From Paraspadella gotoi (taxonomy: Eukaryota; Animalia; Chaetognatha), in contig CM119265.1 in NCBI GenBank assembly GCA_051294375.1, positions 1,852,280-1,916,279 on the forward strand: 64,000 nucleotides of DNA, written 5' to 3'. A program made the position numbers and the translations under genes. Below are positions 50,901 to 64,000 of this stretch, in pieces (the stretch's first letter is position 1; every line of letters starts with the position of its first letter). The notes under the pieces are model-generated. The model had not been told where the DNA came from. It worked only from the letters and a program-made list of their open reading frames with translations, and ran no database searches.

Positions 50901-53900
50901 TGGGGCGACTACGTTTGGCGCACTCGTGAAAATCAGCCACCTGATCAGTTAAGTCTGAATCAAGTTTAGCTTCTTTTCCTATCTCTGGTGCATATTTTGA
51001 AGAGTTATTTTTTTTATTACGATCACTTGCCCTCAATTCAGCCATCTTTAGAACTGGGCAATTTTGTTTGGGGTTCTCTGGTGAAGCAGCCACTTGATCA
51101 TTTATGTCCAATTCCAAATTAGCTTCATCTTGTCCCTCCTCTGTTGCACTATTTGACAAGCTATTTTTCCTTAAATTGAGTTTACCTACTGGCAATTTAG
51201 ACCTCTTTAAAGCCAAGCAACCGCGATTGACGCATTCAGAATTAGCTGACTCCAAATCAGCATTCTTTTTATTTCCCACCTCAGGTGCCGTTTCTCCAGT
51301 GCTGTCCCTTTTATCATTACCTTTAATGCTTCTACTTTTTCTCCCTCTTTTAAGTTTTTTGCAACTTTCCACCAAATTGTCTCGCAAATTTAACTCGTCA
51401 GATACGCTATTTTGAGTTTGTCTTTTAGATCCGTCCTTTTTTTTTGCATATTCGATCATCAACTCGTCACTAACCTTTAGACTCTGCTCGCGCTCAAGGC
51501 TTTGTGTACTTAGATTTCCCACCGAATCATCCTTACTTACAATTGTCATGTTGAGTCGGCTACTGCGTCTGATACTTTTAGAAGCTGTATCCAACTGATT
51601 CTGTTTATCAGTCTCAAAATTAGCAAGGTCTTCATTTTCGGTTTCCAGTACAATATTTACTAAGCTTTCCTTTTTTTTGCATTTATAATGCTTTATCGCT
51701 TGTATGGGGCGACTACGTTTGGCACACTCTTGCGAATCAGCCACCTGATCAGTAAAGTCTGAATCAAAATTAGCTTCTTTTCTTATCTCTGGTACATTTT
51801 TTAAAGAGTTAGTTTTCTTATTGCGATCACTTGCCCTCAATTCAGCCATCTCTCGAACTGGGCAATTGTGTTTGCTGTTCTCTGGTGAAGCAGCCACTTG
51901 ATCATTTATGTCCAATTCCAAATTAACTTCATCTTGTCCCTTCTCTGTAGCACTATTTGACGAGCTATTTTTCCTCAGATTGCGTTTACCTACTCGCGAC
52001 TTAGACATCTCTAGAGCCAAGCGACCACGATTGACGCATTCAGGCTTAGCAGACTCCAAATCAGCACTCTCTTTATTTCTCACCTCAGGTGTCGTTTCTT
52101 CCGAGCTGTTCCTTTTATCATTATTCCTTCCACTTTTAAGTTTTTCACAATTTTCCACCGAATTGTCTCGCGAATTTAACCCTTCAGAAGACCTATTTTG
52201 GCTTTGTCTTTTAGATCCATCCTTTTTCTCATATGCGATCGTCAACTCATCACGAACCTTTTGACTCGGCCCACGCTCAGGGCTTTGTGCACTTGGATTC
52301 CCTCCCAAATCATCCTTACTTACAACCGACAAATCATTATGAACAGCCTTTGGAGGTATTCCGACTCCACGTTTGAGGTTTTCCTCCAATCGATGTCGCT
52401 TCCTTCGTCCGGACGAGCGCCCGCTCCCTCTGTCCACATCTAGCTCGCATTTGTGACCTTTGGGAGTTGAAATGGAGCGACGGTTTGGAGAACGAGGGTC
52501 AATCACGATCGTTTTTGTGCTGAAAAATTTCGCAATAAGAAAAGTTTAAGTAAAAATGAATATATAGATGTTATGGCATCGGCAGTGGGGGATTGCCTGT
52601 GATGCCCATGGAACGGAGCATATCATCCTCGATTCAGGGGGTCAAGGCCTCAGGGGGCTTTGGAACTTCCGTCGAAACTGAAGGCTCATTTAAGCCAAAA
52701 CCATCCTGCTTGCCAAGTCGGGCAGTGGATGGGAACTAAACCCGGAAATTTAAGCGACTAAAACATAACCAATTACCATTACACATATGGGGGTTTTGCT
52801 ATAGCTATCAACACTATATATCAAATATACATAGTTTAATTTCTGTCACTATGATATATAACCCTGAACGCAAAATGCCACGAACCTTAGCGAAACCTTC
52901 GACCGACCATTTGACTCCAACGACGGCTTCGGCGACGGCGTCCCGGCTTCGTCCGACGACAGCATCTGTATCGCTTTGCACCGCGAGCGATTCTGGCTCC
53001 AGTCGGAGACGTGCGTCGCCCGAAGTCGATTCAACGGCGTGGTATGCGTCTCGGGCGTCAACGGCGCTTCCGCCGTTGCTGGAGATTGAAGGCTTCGGTT
53101 GATCATAGAATCGAGAACGCGACCGCCGGCCGGACCGAGCGCTTCCTCGACGAAGGAAGAGACGTCGACGTCGAACTCGAGGAAGACGAGGTCGTCGAAA
53201 CCCTCGACGCTCGTTCCCTTCTTCAGTCGAATCTTCAAGACGAACGTCGTAACGAACGAGCATTTCCAGTCGGCGACGTCTTCGTTCCGCGCGCAGAACA
53301 CGCTCCAAAGACCTTCTCCGCCGGGCGTGGCGTGATAAAAGGAGACGGACTGGGATCCTAAGTTGAAATCGACCCAAAAGGGCAGCGGTTCGCCCTCGTC
53401 GTCCCTCGGAGGCTGGAGTGGCCGATCCCGACCCAAATGGCACGCGCTACAGACGACGGAGATGACGCGCCGGGTCGGCGTGGCCTCGTTGAGGGCGACG
53501 AGAAAGGAGCGGGCGTCCTGCTCGAAACGGCCGTAATCGATGGAGACGAATGGAGGACGAGCCGGTTGTGGCCAAAATCTATCGGCCAACAGTTCTTTGG
53601 TCCAATCGGAGGAAGGGAGAAGGCGGAGGAGCAACTCGACGAGGGAGACTTGGAAGGAATAGTCGCCGCAATCGAGGATGGAGGAAGAGAGGGAAGAGAA
53701 GACGTCGAGGAAAGGATCCGGGGATTTGAAGGATCGAGCGATCGTCGTCTGAAGGAAGAAATTGGTACAATCAATATAAGAATTATTCATTCATTAAATA
53801 ATAAATATCTTTAAATAAATCAACTGGGACAGGCTGTGTCGTGGCGGGGTTAAGTTTATAACTAAGCGTTACCCTGCAAGATTTTAAATCATGTATAATT

Positions 53901-54723
53901 GTTATGGGTTTTTTTTTATAAAAAAAAATTATTAAAAATAAAATTGCGAAAAAGTTAAAACTATTCTGCGTGTCCCTGTTTACCCGCAACATCCCGAGGC
54001 TGCACTGATCGATCAACTCGTTGAAGACGACGACACAGCTCTTCCTCGTCACGTGATCGACTCGATCGTCGACGACGACGCGAAAGACGTCGGCGAAGAC
54101 GACGCGCACGACCATCGACTTGAAGTCGCCGTCGTGGAGGCGGGCCGTTCGTTCCAAGATCCCCAGCGTCTTGTCCACGATTCGTCCGTTGCGGTAGAAG
54201 ACGACACGATGGTGTTTTTCAAGCTCGGTCAGTCGGACGAAGACGCGCAGCACGCGCTCCATCAATCGGTTCGTCCACGGGCTGCAGGAACCGAATCAAA
54301 GAGAAGGGAGGGATCTTTATAATTTTACTGAAGAAAGACACAAATGAAAGACAAAGACAAAAAGACAAAGACACAAATGTGTACCAAAGGTTTACAATTT
54401 GCACAATTCCATATTCTAGACCAACAGACCGACCGACCAACCTGAATCCCTCGATCCGCACATTCTCAGACCCAAGAAAAGAAATCAAAAAGAGAAGTCG
54501 ATCCAAATTGACGAGCCACTCGTTCTGGAAAACGGGGTTGCCTTCCGCATCGAAGCGCATCCGGACGAGCTCCTCGGCGGCATCCTCCAGCCGTCGCCCG
54601 AGCATCTCCAGACTCCGCTGATCGAGGTGCACCCTCGTGTCCGGCTCGGGGTCTTTGGGCAACTTGGCGAGGAAGCTGTAGAGGGCTTCGGAAGGCTGTT
54701 CGAAGAGACGAGTCAAATCCATG
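47917..54723 (-). CDS. SYCP2: Synaptonemal complex protein 2 homolog (N-terminal ARM-like and Spt16M-like domains, very large disordered last exon, C-terminal coiled coil)
   Basis: CGDYSFQVSLVELLLR...FEQDARSFL..LN...RRV.S...FWVDFNLGSQSVSFY matches the SYCP2 N-terminal signature (GDYDLQV...FETDCR.FLN...FWIDFNLGSQ). A phase-2 donor at 52885 and acceptor at 52520 join the 1529-aa ORF in frame. Confidence 0.8.
50745..52330 (-). repeat. ~800-bp tandem duplication inside the SYCP2 last exon
   Basis: Protein block VSKDD...LDTASK.I.RS occurs twice; TAGAAGCTGTATCCAACTGATTCTG is at ~50775 and ~51579. Confidence 0.9.
52572..52790 (-). mobile_element. Diverged copy (subfamily C) in the last SYCP2 intron; right end uncertain
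   Basis: TATGGCA...TTGCCTGTGATGCCCA start; shares GGGGGCTT, CATTTAAGCCA.AACC (as in B) and GTGGATGG; no clear TSD. Confidence 0.6.
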
Positions 54724-55891
54724 GCTTTTTTAAAGATGAGGAGGAATGTGTTTGAAAAGACTGGGACTGAGAGAAAAAACACAAGACTTTAAATGAAAAT
54801 TGGGCAAAATACGAAACAAACGTCGACTCGATTAAGGTAAGCAACCCTGTTTATTGCGAAACTTCCTGCGGCGAACACTAGTTCCTAGCGCGGGCACCGA
54901 ACTCCAAAAACTGCGGCCGACCGGAAAGCGGGCAGTTCTAACGTGGAGTTGACCCCTTTACAGACAGATAAATAGATAGATAGATAGAATAATAAGATTA
55001 AATCTAAAACGTTTAGGTTCTGGTGTAAGGAAAAAACCTACAGTACGTAAAATAGTAGGTAAAATAAATTAGAAATCCTTGTAGTTGTAGTCGCAGTTGT
55101 AGTCACATTTTGAAGAGGAAAGTTACCGATAGTTTATCAACTTTAGCTCCTAAAAAATAAAGAGCAACTTTTGTTTTTTTTAAACATATCAAACAATAAC
55201 GCACAATCAATTCACAAATTCATGAGTTTTACTCGACTTTCGACCTGAGCTACACTGTCGTGTTCACAATAGGAAAGACAGTCAACTTTTGAAAAAAAAA
55301 AAAAAAAAAAAAAACTATAAGAGGTGATTTAAGGCGCGAAAAAAGTAGTTTGATCTTGAGAAGGACGACGTGAGAGTTTTAACTAAAAAACGGATCACAA
55401 CCGGCACCAGGGGCAATTTGGGCATCGAATGATTTAGATTAACTTTTTTCATTTTCCACCTAAATATATTTCGTTTTGATTCATTCAATGCAAAATAAGT
55501 AACTTGTATCTCAATTTCGTACTTATAGAGTAATTACTAATTTGAAAGCAAAGTCGCGTTGTAAACAACAAAGTTTGACGTAGATGTACATAATACATTT
55601 GTGCAAATTTTTGTATTTTCTCTTTTACAAGGTCAATAAAACAAAGTTTTGAAATCGAAGCAACAAACATTGAACTAATGTTAAAACGGAAAAAAAACTA
55701 ATTAAACGCGAGTTCTCGTAAGTTTACCCTCGATTAAGGTAAATAAATAAATGTAGACCAAAAATTATACTTGGAGAGGCCAATGTTTTATTAAAAAACC
55801 GTATCAAAAATTAAAAATATATTCAAACTATTCATCTAATAAACTGTCGTCTACGGCTAAAGTTTCTCTAGGAAAAAAAAGAGAGGATTTA

Positions 55892-57228
55892 GGGTAGAGT
55901 GCGGGGTATTTCGGAACAGGGCTAATTAGGAACACTGACAAATAAAATGAAATAAAAAATTATGCAAGGGATTCGAATAATTATTTTGGTGCATTAAATA
56001 TTTCACCAACTTTTCTTTACATATTTAAAGTTACAGAATTCCACTGCTGTAGCAGCAGCTGAAGCAGAAATTTCAAAGATGCTAGTCAAATTTTGTCTTT
56101 GAATGGTCGTTTTCATATTCTTGTGACGGTATATTCACATTCTCATATTTGACGTAATATGAGTCAGTATGACTATTGAATATTTATGTATGATAGACTA
56201 CTAATTTTTAGTTATTGTATATATAAGGAAGGAACTTTGATACCATTAGGACCATTTTGCTCTCTTACATATAGAGTATTATACTATTATTACTACAGTA
56301 AAAATATATTTTTAGCAATAAAAAATATAAGGGAGTGGTCTTTTCATACAATTGAAACATTCTTTGAAACATTATACCACTTCATTTATTGGGAAGCCAG
56401 GTACTCTGGGAGTGAATAAACGAGACTGTGTGATAGTCTTGATGGAAAGCTTGCAAAGACCTGCTATGTCATTATCTTGTAGGAGTGATGGAGGCCTTAA
56501 AGTTAAACCACCGAAGCCTGTCTAAAGTCAGCGCCAAGATAGCTTATTTATTAAATGAATGGATAATTTTTATATTGGTTGTACCAATTTCATGCAAAAG
56601 TTTGGAATGGAATTTAGTATGAGATAAAATTTATTATTATGAATAAAAACATTTGGAAGAGGAAATAAAAAATAATTAAAATTTAAAAAAGATAAATAAA
56701 AAGAAAAATAAAAACATTGGAAATATAAAGAAGGGGCAAAAAGCAATATTATTTAGAAAAGAAGATGGGAACCAAATACAGTAATTATAGGAAATAAAAA
56801 ACTTTGTCAAAAATACTATAAATAAAAAAACATATACAAATTTTGTATCTATTTTGATAGTGAAAACATAATATTAAAAATCATTTTACCACTTAAGATT
56901 ATAAGATTTAAAATTTTTTATACATAAAACATTTATGAAAGGCTACATTCACTTAATAATAGTCTTAGTTATTTTCTGCAATATTATAAAAAATAATATA
57001 TAAAATATTAAGAATTCCGAATTACCCCAGGGTGAGGTAAAACGGAACACTTTTCAATTAAAAAAATGAGGCCCCTGGCCTGGGGTCCGCAAGACGAAAA
57101 CGACAGCATCAACCTGTAGCGGGGACACTTTCTTAGATATATCACCAGAAAAGTTTTTTTTTCAAAATATATTTACTGGGCAAAAAATTTGATTACTTCC
57201 AAGTGTTTCGAATTACCCCGCACTTCCC
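55892..57228. mobile_element. Non-autonomous TIR element (TA-flanked, GGG...CCC ends)
   Basis: GGGTAGAGTGCGGGGTATTTCGGAAC versus the reverse complement of GTTTCGAATTACCCCGCACTTCCC; internal copies of the TIR motif near 55920 and 57015-57050. Confidence 0.72.
56377..56593 (+). repeat. Family R full copy, nested in the 55892-57228 TIR element
   Basis: GGGAAGCCAGGTACTCTGGGAGTGAATAAACGAGACTG...GGTTGTACCAATTTCAT shared with 6608-6818. Confidence 0.85.
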
Positions 57229-57289
57229 TAAATTTTTTCTAGTTTTGAAAAGTTTTGTTGGACGAAATTCACTTTAAGACTACAAAAAA

Positions 57290-58297
57290 CTAAGACTTCT
57301 TATCGTGATTAAGATACGTGTTATTATTTTCCCTGGATCGGCCCGAACTCTGCTTCAACGCCGAGTCGTCAGTAAGACCGTTCGCTCTCGCCTCTTTGCT
57401 CGCAGCCTCCGACGCCTCAGCCGCGTCGGCCGCCACAACCGCCGTCCTTTTGCCGTTGATCAACTTCACGGCTCCCTTGACCATCTTGAGGAACCAGTAA
57501 AGTTGGAGCAGAAACAGCGCGGAACAACTGACGTTGCAGTGCCACGGGATGGCGAGCGGGACTCGCCAGACTGGCATCGCGACGCCAGAGATGTTGTGGC
57601 GCGAATAGGACCAATAGATGTAGGGAAAGATGAGGATGCGGCAGACAGCGAAGACTCCCATCATCAGCAGCCCGTTGACAACGTACAGCCGAGTCCGCGA
57701 CAGCTGCAGCTGATGCAGCGCCGCCCTAAGCGACACGAATGGCGTCGACGCTTCCAACAAATAGAAGCAGCCGACGAGATAGTCCCCACGATCGCGGCGC
57801 CACGGAGCCAAGATGGCGGGGAAGATGAGCAAAGGGATGAAGAGGTGATGGGCGACGATGAGGACGTCGTGTCGAAGGTAAAGGAGCCAACTCGGGCGTC
57901 GCGATTCCTTTTCGCTCATTTCAGAGAAGGCGGCGTACATCGCGAGGATGTCGTAGAGGAAGTAAGGAGCGGAGAAGCGGACATAGGCCGTCGTCGCCCA
58001 ATGGCTCGAGTAGATGACGTGGCTGCAAGAGTTGAGGAGAGAGAGGGCGGTCGCCGTCGCGACGACGGCTTGGACGGCGGACACGACGCGGACGGCGAGT
58101 GAAGTCCGAAACCGACTCACCAAAGAGTCGGGCGAGGAGACGCGGCCGAGGATCCAGCGCGTCGTCAGGAAGAGAGAAGGGAAGAAGACGACGCCAGCGA
58201 GGAACTGGAGAATCGGAGAGTGGGGACCGACGAAGAAGGGAGCGAGGGGTGAGTCGGGTTCGATGGGGGGAAGTTGGTGAGGAGCGCGTGAAGTCAT
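57290..58297 (-). CDS. TLC-domain membrane protein (TLCD3/FAM57-like); intronless
   Basis: PYFLYD..AMY, IVAHH, GDYLVGCFYLLEASTPFVS, NGLLM...F..CRI..FP, LQLYWF. Confidence 0.85.
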   Translation of the reverse strand: MTSRAPHQLPPIEPDSPLAPFFVGPHSPILQFLAGVVFFPSLFLTTRWILGRVSSPDSLVSRFRTSLAVRVVSAVQAVVATATALSLLNSCSHVIYSSHWATTAYVRFSAPYFLYDILAMYAAFSEMSEKESRRPSWLLYLRHDVLIVAHHLFIPLLIFPAILAPWRRDRGDYLVGCFYLLEASTPFVSLRAALHQLQLSRTRLYVVNGLLMMGVFAVCRILIFPYIYWSYSRHNISGVAMPVWRVPLAIPWHCNVSCSALFLLQLYWFLKMVKGAVKLINGKRTAVVAADAAEASEAASKEARANGLTDDSALKQSSGRSRENNNTYLNHDKKS

Positions 58298-58885
58298 TTT
58301 AGAGACAATAATTTATATTTGGACGAATAAAAAGTCGATGCAATTGAGGCCAAATAAATAAATCTAGGGGACGAAAAGAAAATGGTGAGGGAGCGAAAAT
58401 AATTCGGGAAATGTGACAGCGCTCTCTCTCTCTCTCTTTTGTGATAACATTATCGGCGATGACAAGCTTGACTGTTTTTCAACTAGGGGGGTGGTAAAGT
58501 ACGAGAGAGAGAGAAAAGGAAAAATGTGTTGTCTTTGGCTGGAAAAAAATTGTGTTTTACTTTTCTTTTAAAGCGCGACTAGAAAGTTGCAAGTGTTCAA
58601 AAGCGAAAGTTGAGACAAGTATAAATACGAACTAAGGCAATTACATTTTAAGGCTTTCAACTTTCTGTGAGATCATCTTTTTAAAAAAAAAACGAGGTAA
58701 AAGTTTTCATTCACCGACTGGGAATTTCGTTTCTTATGAGTAACAATGTATAATGTATGTTACCTAACTACCCAAACCTTAACCAAAACCCACTAACCCT
58801 AAAAACCCCCAAAACCCCAGTCGGCGAATGTGTGCAATGGAGTTCAAAAAAATGATTCCAAGTGCGACGAAGTCCGAATCAGGTT

Positions 58886-61492
<2,607 letters not shown>

Positions 61493-62097
61493 TCAAAAAT
61501 GTCCAATCGGTTTTTTTAAATTAAATTTAATGATTTCGCCACTAAACAAGCGACATGAGATCATTCGCGTTTTAAAGATTAAAAATACATTTATAAATAG
61601 AAGCTATGATTGTTTGTTAGGCTTTGCGACTGAAATAAGCTTAAATGTGAAAACGATTTGTCTTGATGTTTCAATTTTTAAAAAGATATTGTAAAAAGGA
61701 GTCATCCGTGAATAGGATTGCACATTGCAGACTGCGCAACTAAGTACGTACTAGCTTCAATTAAATGAGTAATAAAATGTATTGGGATAAACTAAAATTC
61801 AACAAGGGACACGACAAAAACATTGTTTAAATAACTAATACCTACTGCAGTAACCTAAAAATGAGAGGTTTTCGAAAGTAGTAAGTTCAAAATAAAGTCG
61901 TTGCGGAAACTTTAAAAACAAAATAATAATATTTTTCTTATTCATCGTCCCACAAAACCCAGTCAGAATCGCGTTAACCAGCGTTAACCCGTGCAAAAGT
62001 CAAAATTGAGAAGAAAATACGAAGAGAACTTGAAAAAAGCGAGAAATGGGAAATGTCGTTGACGTGGATTGTTGGCCGAACCCGCGGCGCTTCTCTT

Positions 62098-63476
62098 CTA
62101 CTCTTCTCTCCTCCACTCCCCTTCTCTCCCCCCTTCTACACTCCCTCCACTCTCCTCCGCCACCGCCGCCACCCTGATCACGTTCTTGCCCAGCGTCGTT
62201 CCCTGCCGCAGCCTCTCAAAGGCCAGGTCGGCGGCGTCGAGCGGGAAGACGGCGTCGACGACCGGGTTCACTCTCCCTTCCTCCACCAAGTCTTTGACCA
62301 GCTCCAGTACGGCGCCGTAGGGTTTCCCCCGGAGCATCCAGCGATAGTGGCGGTCGAAGAGGAGCCGCTGCTCCAGTCGGGTGCGAAGGAACTGGATAGT
62401 TTTAAAATAATTAATTCATTAATAAATTAATTAATAAATAATCAATTATTTAATTATAATCTAATAATCTATTTAGGAAACATGAACATAAATGTCAAAT
62501 ACTTGAAGAATCACTGAAACTGTCAACGTCTCCTATTTGTAACTTGTTTAATAAAACATTGGTCTATACTCTAATTAATTTTAATTGATTATCATTATCA
62601 TTACATGAAAATCATTTCAAGTTATTACCAGAATTCTAACCTGCCACTCCTGAATAACTAAATCTGATTTTATATTGATGGATAAGTTAATTCCTTACAA
62701 TTATTAAAAATATCAGGTAACGACACGTCCTCTTCCCTCCACCCCAATTCCTCACCTTGTACCCTGCCAACAAGCTCCCGCCAAGCAGCCCGTATCGTCC
62801 GGTGAGTCCGACAATTGGCGGCAAGAGCGTGACCACGTGACCGCCTTCCTTACATAGATATAGGCAAGAGTCGCAGGCCCAAGGACCGAGGCTGTTGACG
62901 ACGAGATCGAACTTGGGCTTATGCATGAGGACGTCCTCGAAGTGGTCGCCCGAGACGTCGACGACTTCATCGGCGCCGAGTTCGCGGACGAAGGCGACGC
63001 CGCTCGGGCCGCATGTCGCCGTCACGTGACCGCCCCAAGCCTTGACGAGTTGGACGGCGACGGCGCCGAGTCCGCCCGAGGCCGCGTGTACGAGGACGCG
63101 CTTGGCGACGCAGTCCAGCGGATCGAGGCCGCCCTTCTCAACCAGCGCCGCCCAAGCCTCCGTGGCGGCGTGTGGGAGGGAAGCCGCTTCGTCGAAGGTG
63201 AGGTTGCGAGGCTTTCGGGCCAACTGAGAGAAGGGTGGGAAAAAGAGAGGGAGTTAAAAAGGTAAGTTCATACGAGCTACGCCCACCAAGTCCTAACCTG
63301 CCACTCCTTGACGACGACAAGCTCAGCCAGCGCCCCCTGCTCAAAGTGTTCGGCGGCGGCGAAGACTTCGTCTCCCGGTTTGAAAAGCGTCACCGTCGCA
63401 CCGACGGCCTCCACCGTCCCTGCGATGTCGCGGCCGAGAACGAGGGGAAACTCTCGACCCTCGCCAACAGGGAGAC
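62098..63476 (-). CDS. RTN4IP1: Reticulon-4-interacting protein 1-like MDR/quinone oxidoreductase; 5' part outside the window
   Basis: FPLVLGRDIAG.VEAVG..V..F..GDEV, KPRNLTFDEAASLP, VLVHAASGGLG..AVQLVKAWG.HVTATC, G.TLGKNVI. Confidence 0.7.
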
Positions 63477-63537
63477 CTGAAGGGAGATCAAGTTATTTGT
63501 AAATTAAAATACATAAATTTATTTCTAATTTATTAGT

Positions 63538-63792
63538 TATGGCAACAGTCGGGTTGCCTCAGATGCCCATTGGGATGGGGCATCTCACTGTTGGCTTTGG
63601 TGGCTTCCGACCCCCAGTGACGCCTCCAGTCACTGGCGCGGTTACCCTAGGACGGTCTCGCTTTGCCAACGCAGAGGGAAGTCGTTAGGACAGTTGATGG
63701 AACAGTACGCCTGGGATGGTGCGTTCCCCCTCTGAGCCAATGGATTTGGCTGAACGATGGTGGATGTGAGGCGGTGTGAATATACCGCCACA
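63538..63792 (-). mobile_element. Structured small element, subfamily A, in the RTN4IP1 intron
   Basis: TATGGCAAC...ACCGCCACA on +; TSD TAGT on both sides. Confidence 0.88.
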
Positions 63793-64000
63793 TAGTATTA
63801 TTTATATATTTTTCATAGACTAATAGGTAACGAATTGACCAGCTATTAAACAACGCCAGGAAAGATTAAAGTTGTAAAGTCCTATTTCATATTTTTTAAA
63901 TTGTTTTGCGACGTAACACGGGCATTGTACATTTGTACAATGTTCATTGTACAAGCAACAAGACCTGGAAAATTGATAATTTAATCGCAAATCATACGCA

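Noticed and set aside
47917-52506. 1529-aa ORF as an independent or viral/transposon gene
   Set aside because: It has no ATG at the ORF start and no enzymatic motifs, and it has an in-phase acceptor linking it to SYCP2.
62633-62651. Copy of the 63292-63308 donor-site sequence (CTAACCTGCCACTCCT) in a downstream intron
   Set aside because: A single ~16-bp match with no associated exon; too little to interpret.

Overview
Gene-dense eukaryotic window from an invertebrate-like animal: GC/CpG-rich exons, AT-rich GT-AG introns, no prokaryotic features. I can identify 17 consecutive protein-coding genes, all on the minus strand. From the right they are RTN4IP1-like (5' partial), KIFAP3, a TLC-domain protein, SYCP2, THADA, a C2H2 ZnF, RFWD3, an SDR, an SLC5 transporter, UBE2S, DHX38/PRP16, COA8/APOPT1, a second C2H2 ZnF, SURF1, TTC14, UBE2T and a probable PIWI 5' end. 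Several stop-to-start gaps are only about 220-310 bp, which suggests polycistronic, SL trans-spliced operons. Introns carry a family of ~215-270 bp GC-rich elements with TGTGGC...GCCATA ends, 4-bp target-site duplications and hairpins that covary between subfamilies; one subfamily has tRNA-like Pol III boxes. Also present are a second dispersed ~210-bp repeat, a small octamer-containing palindrome, two TA-flanked TIR elements and a Helitron-like element. Gene identities come from recalled protein motifs, and exon boundaries were read by eye.
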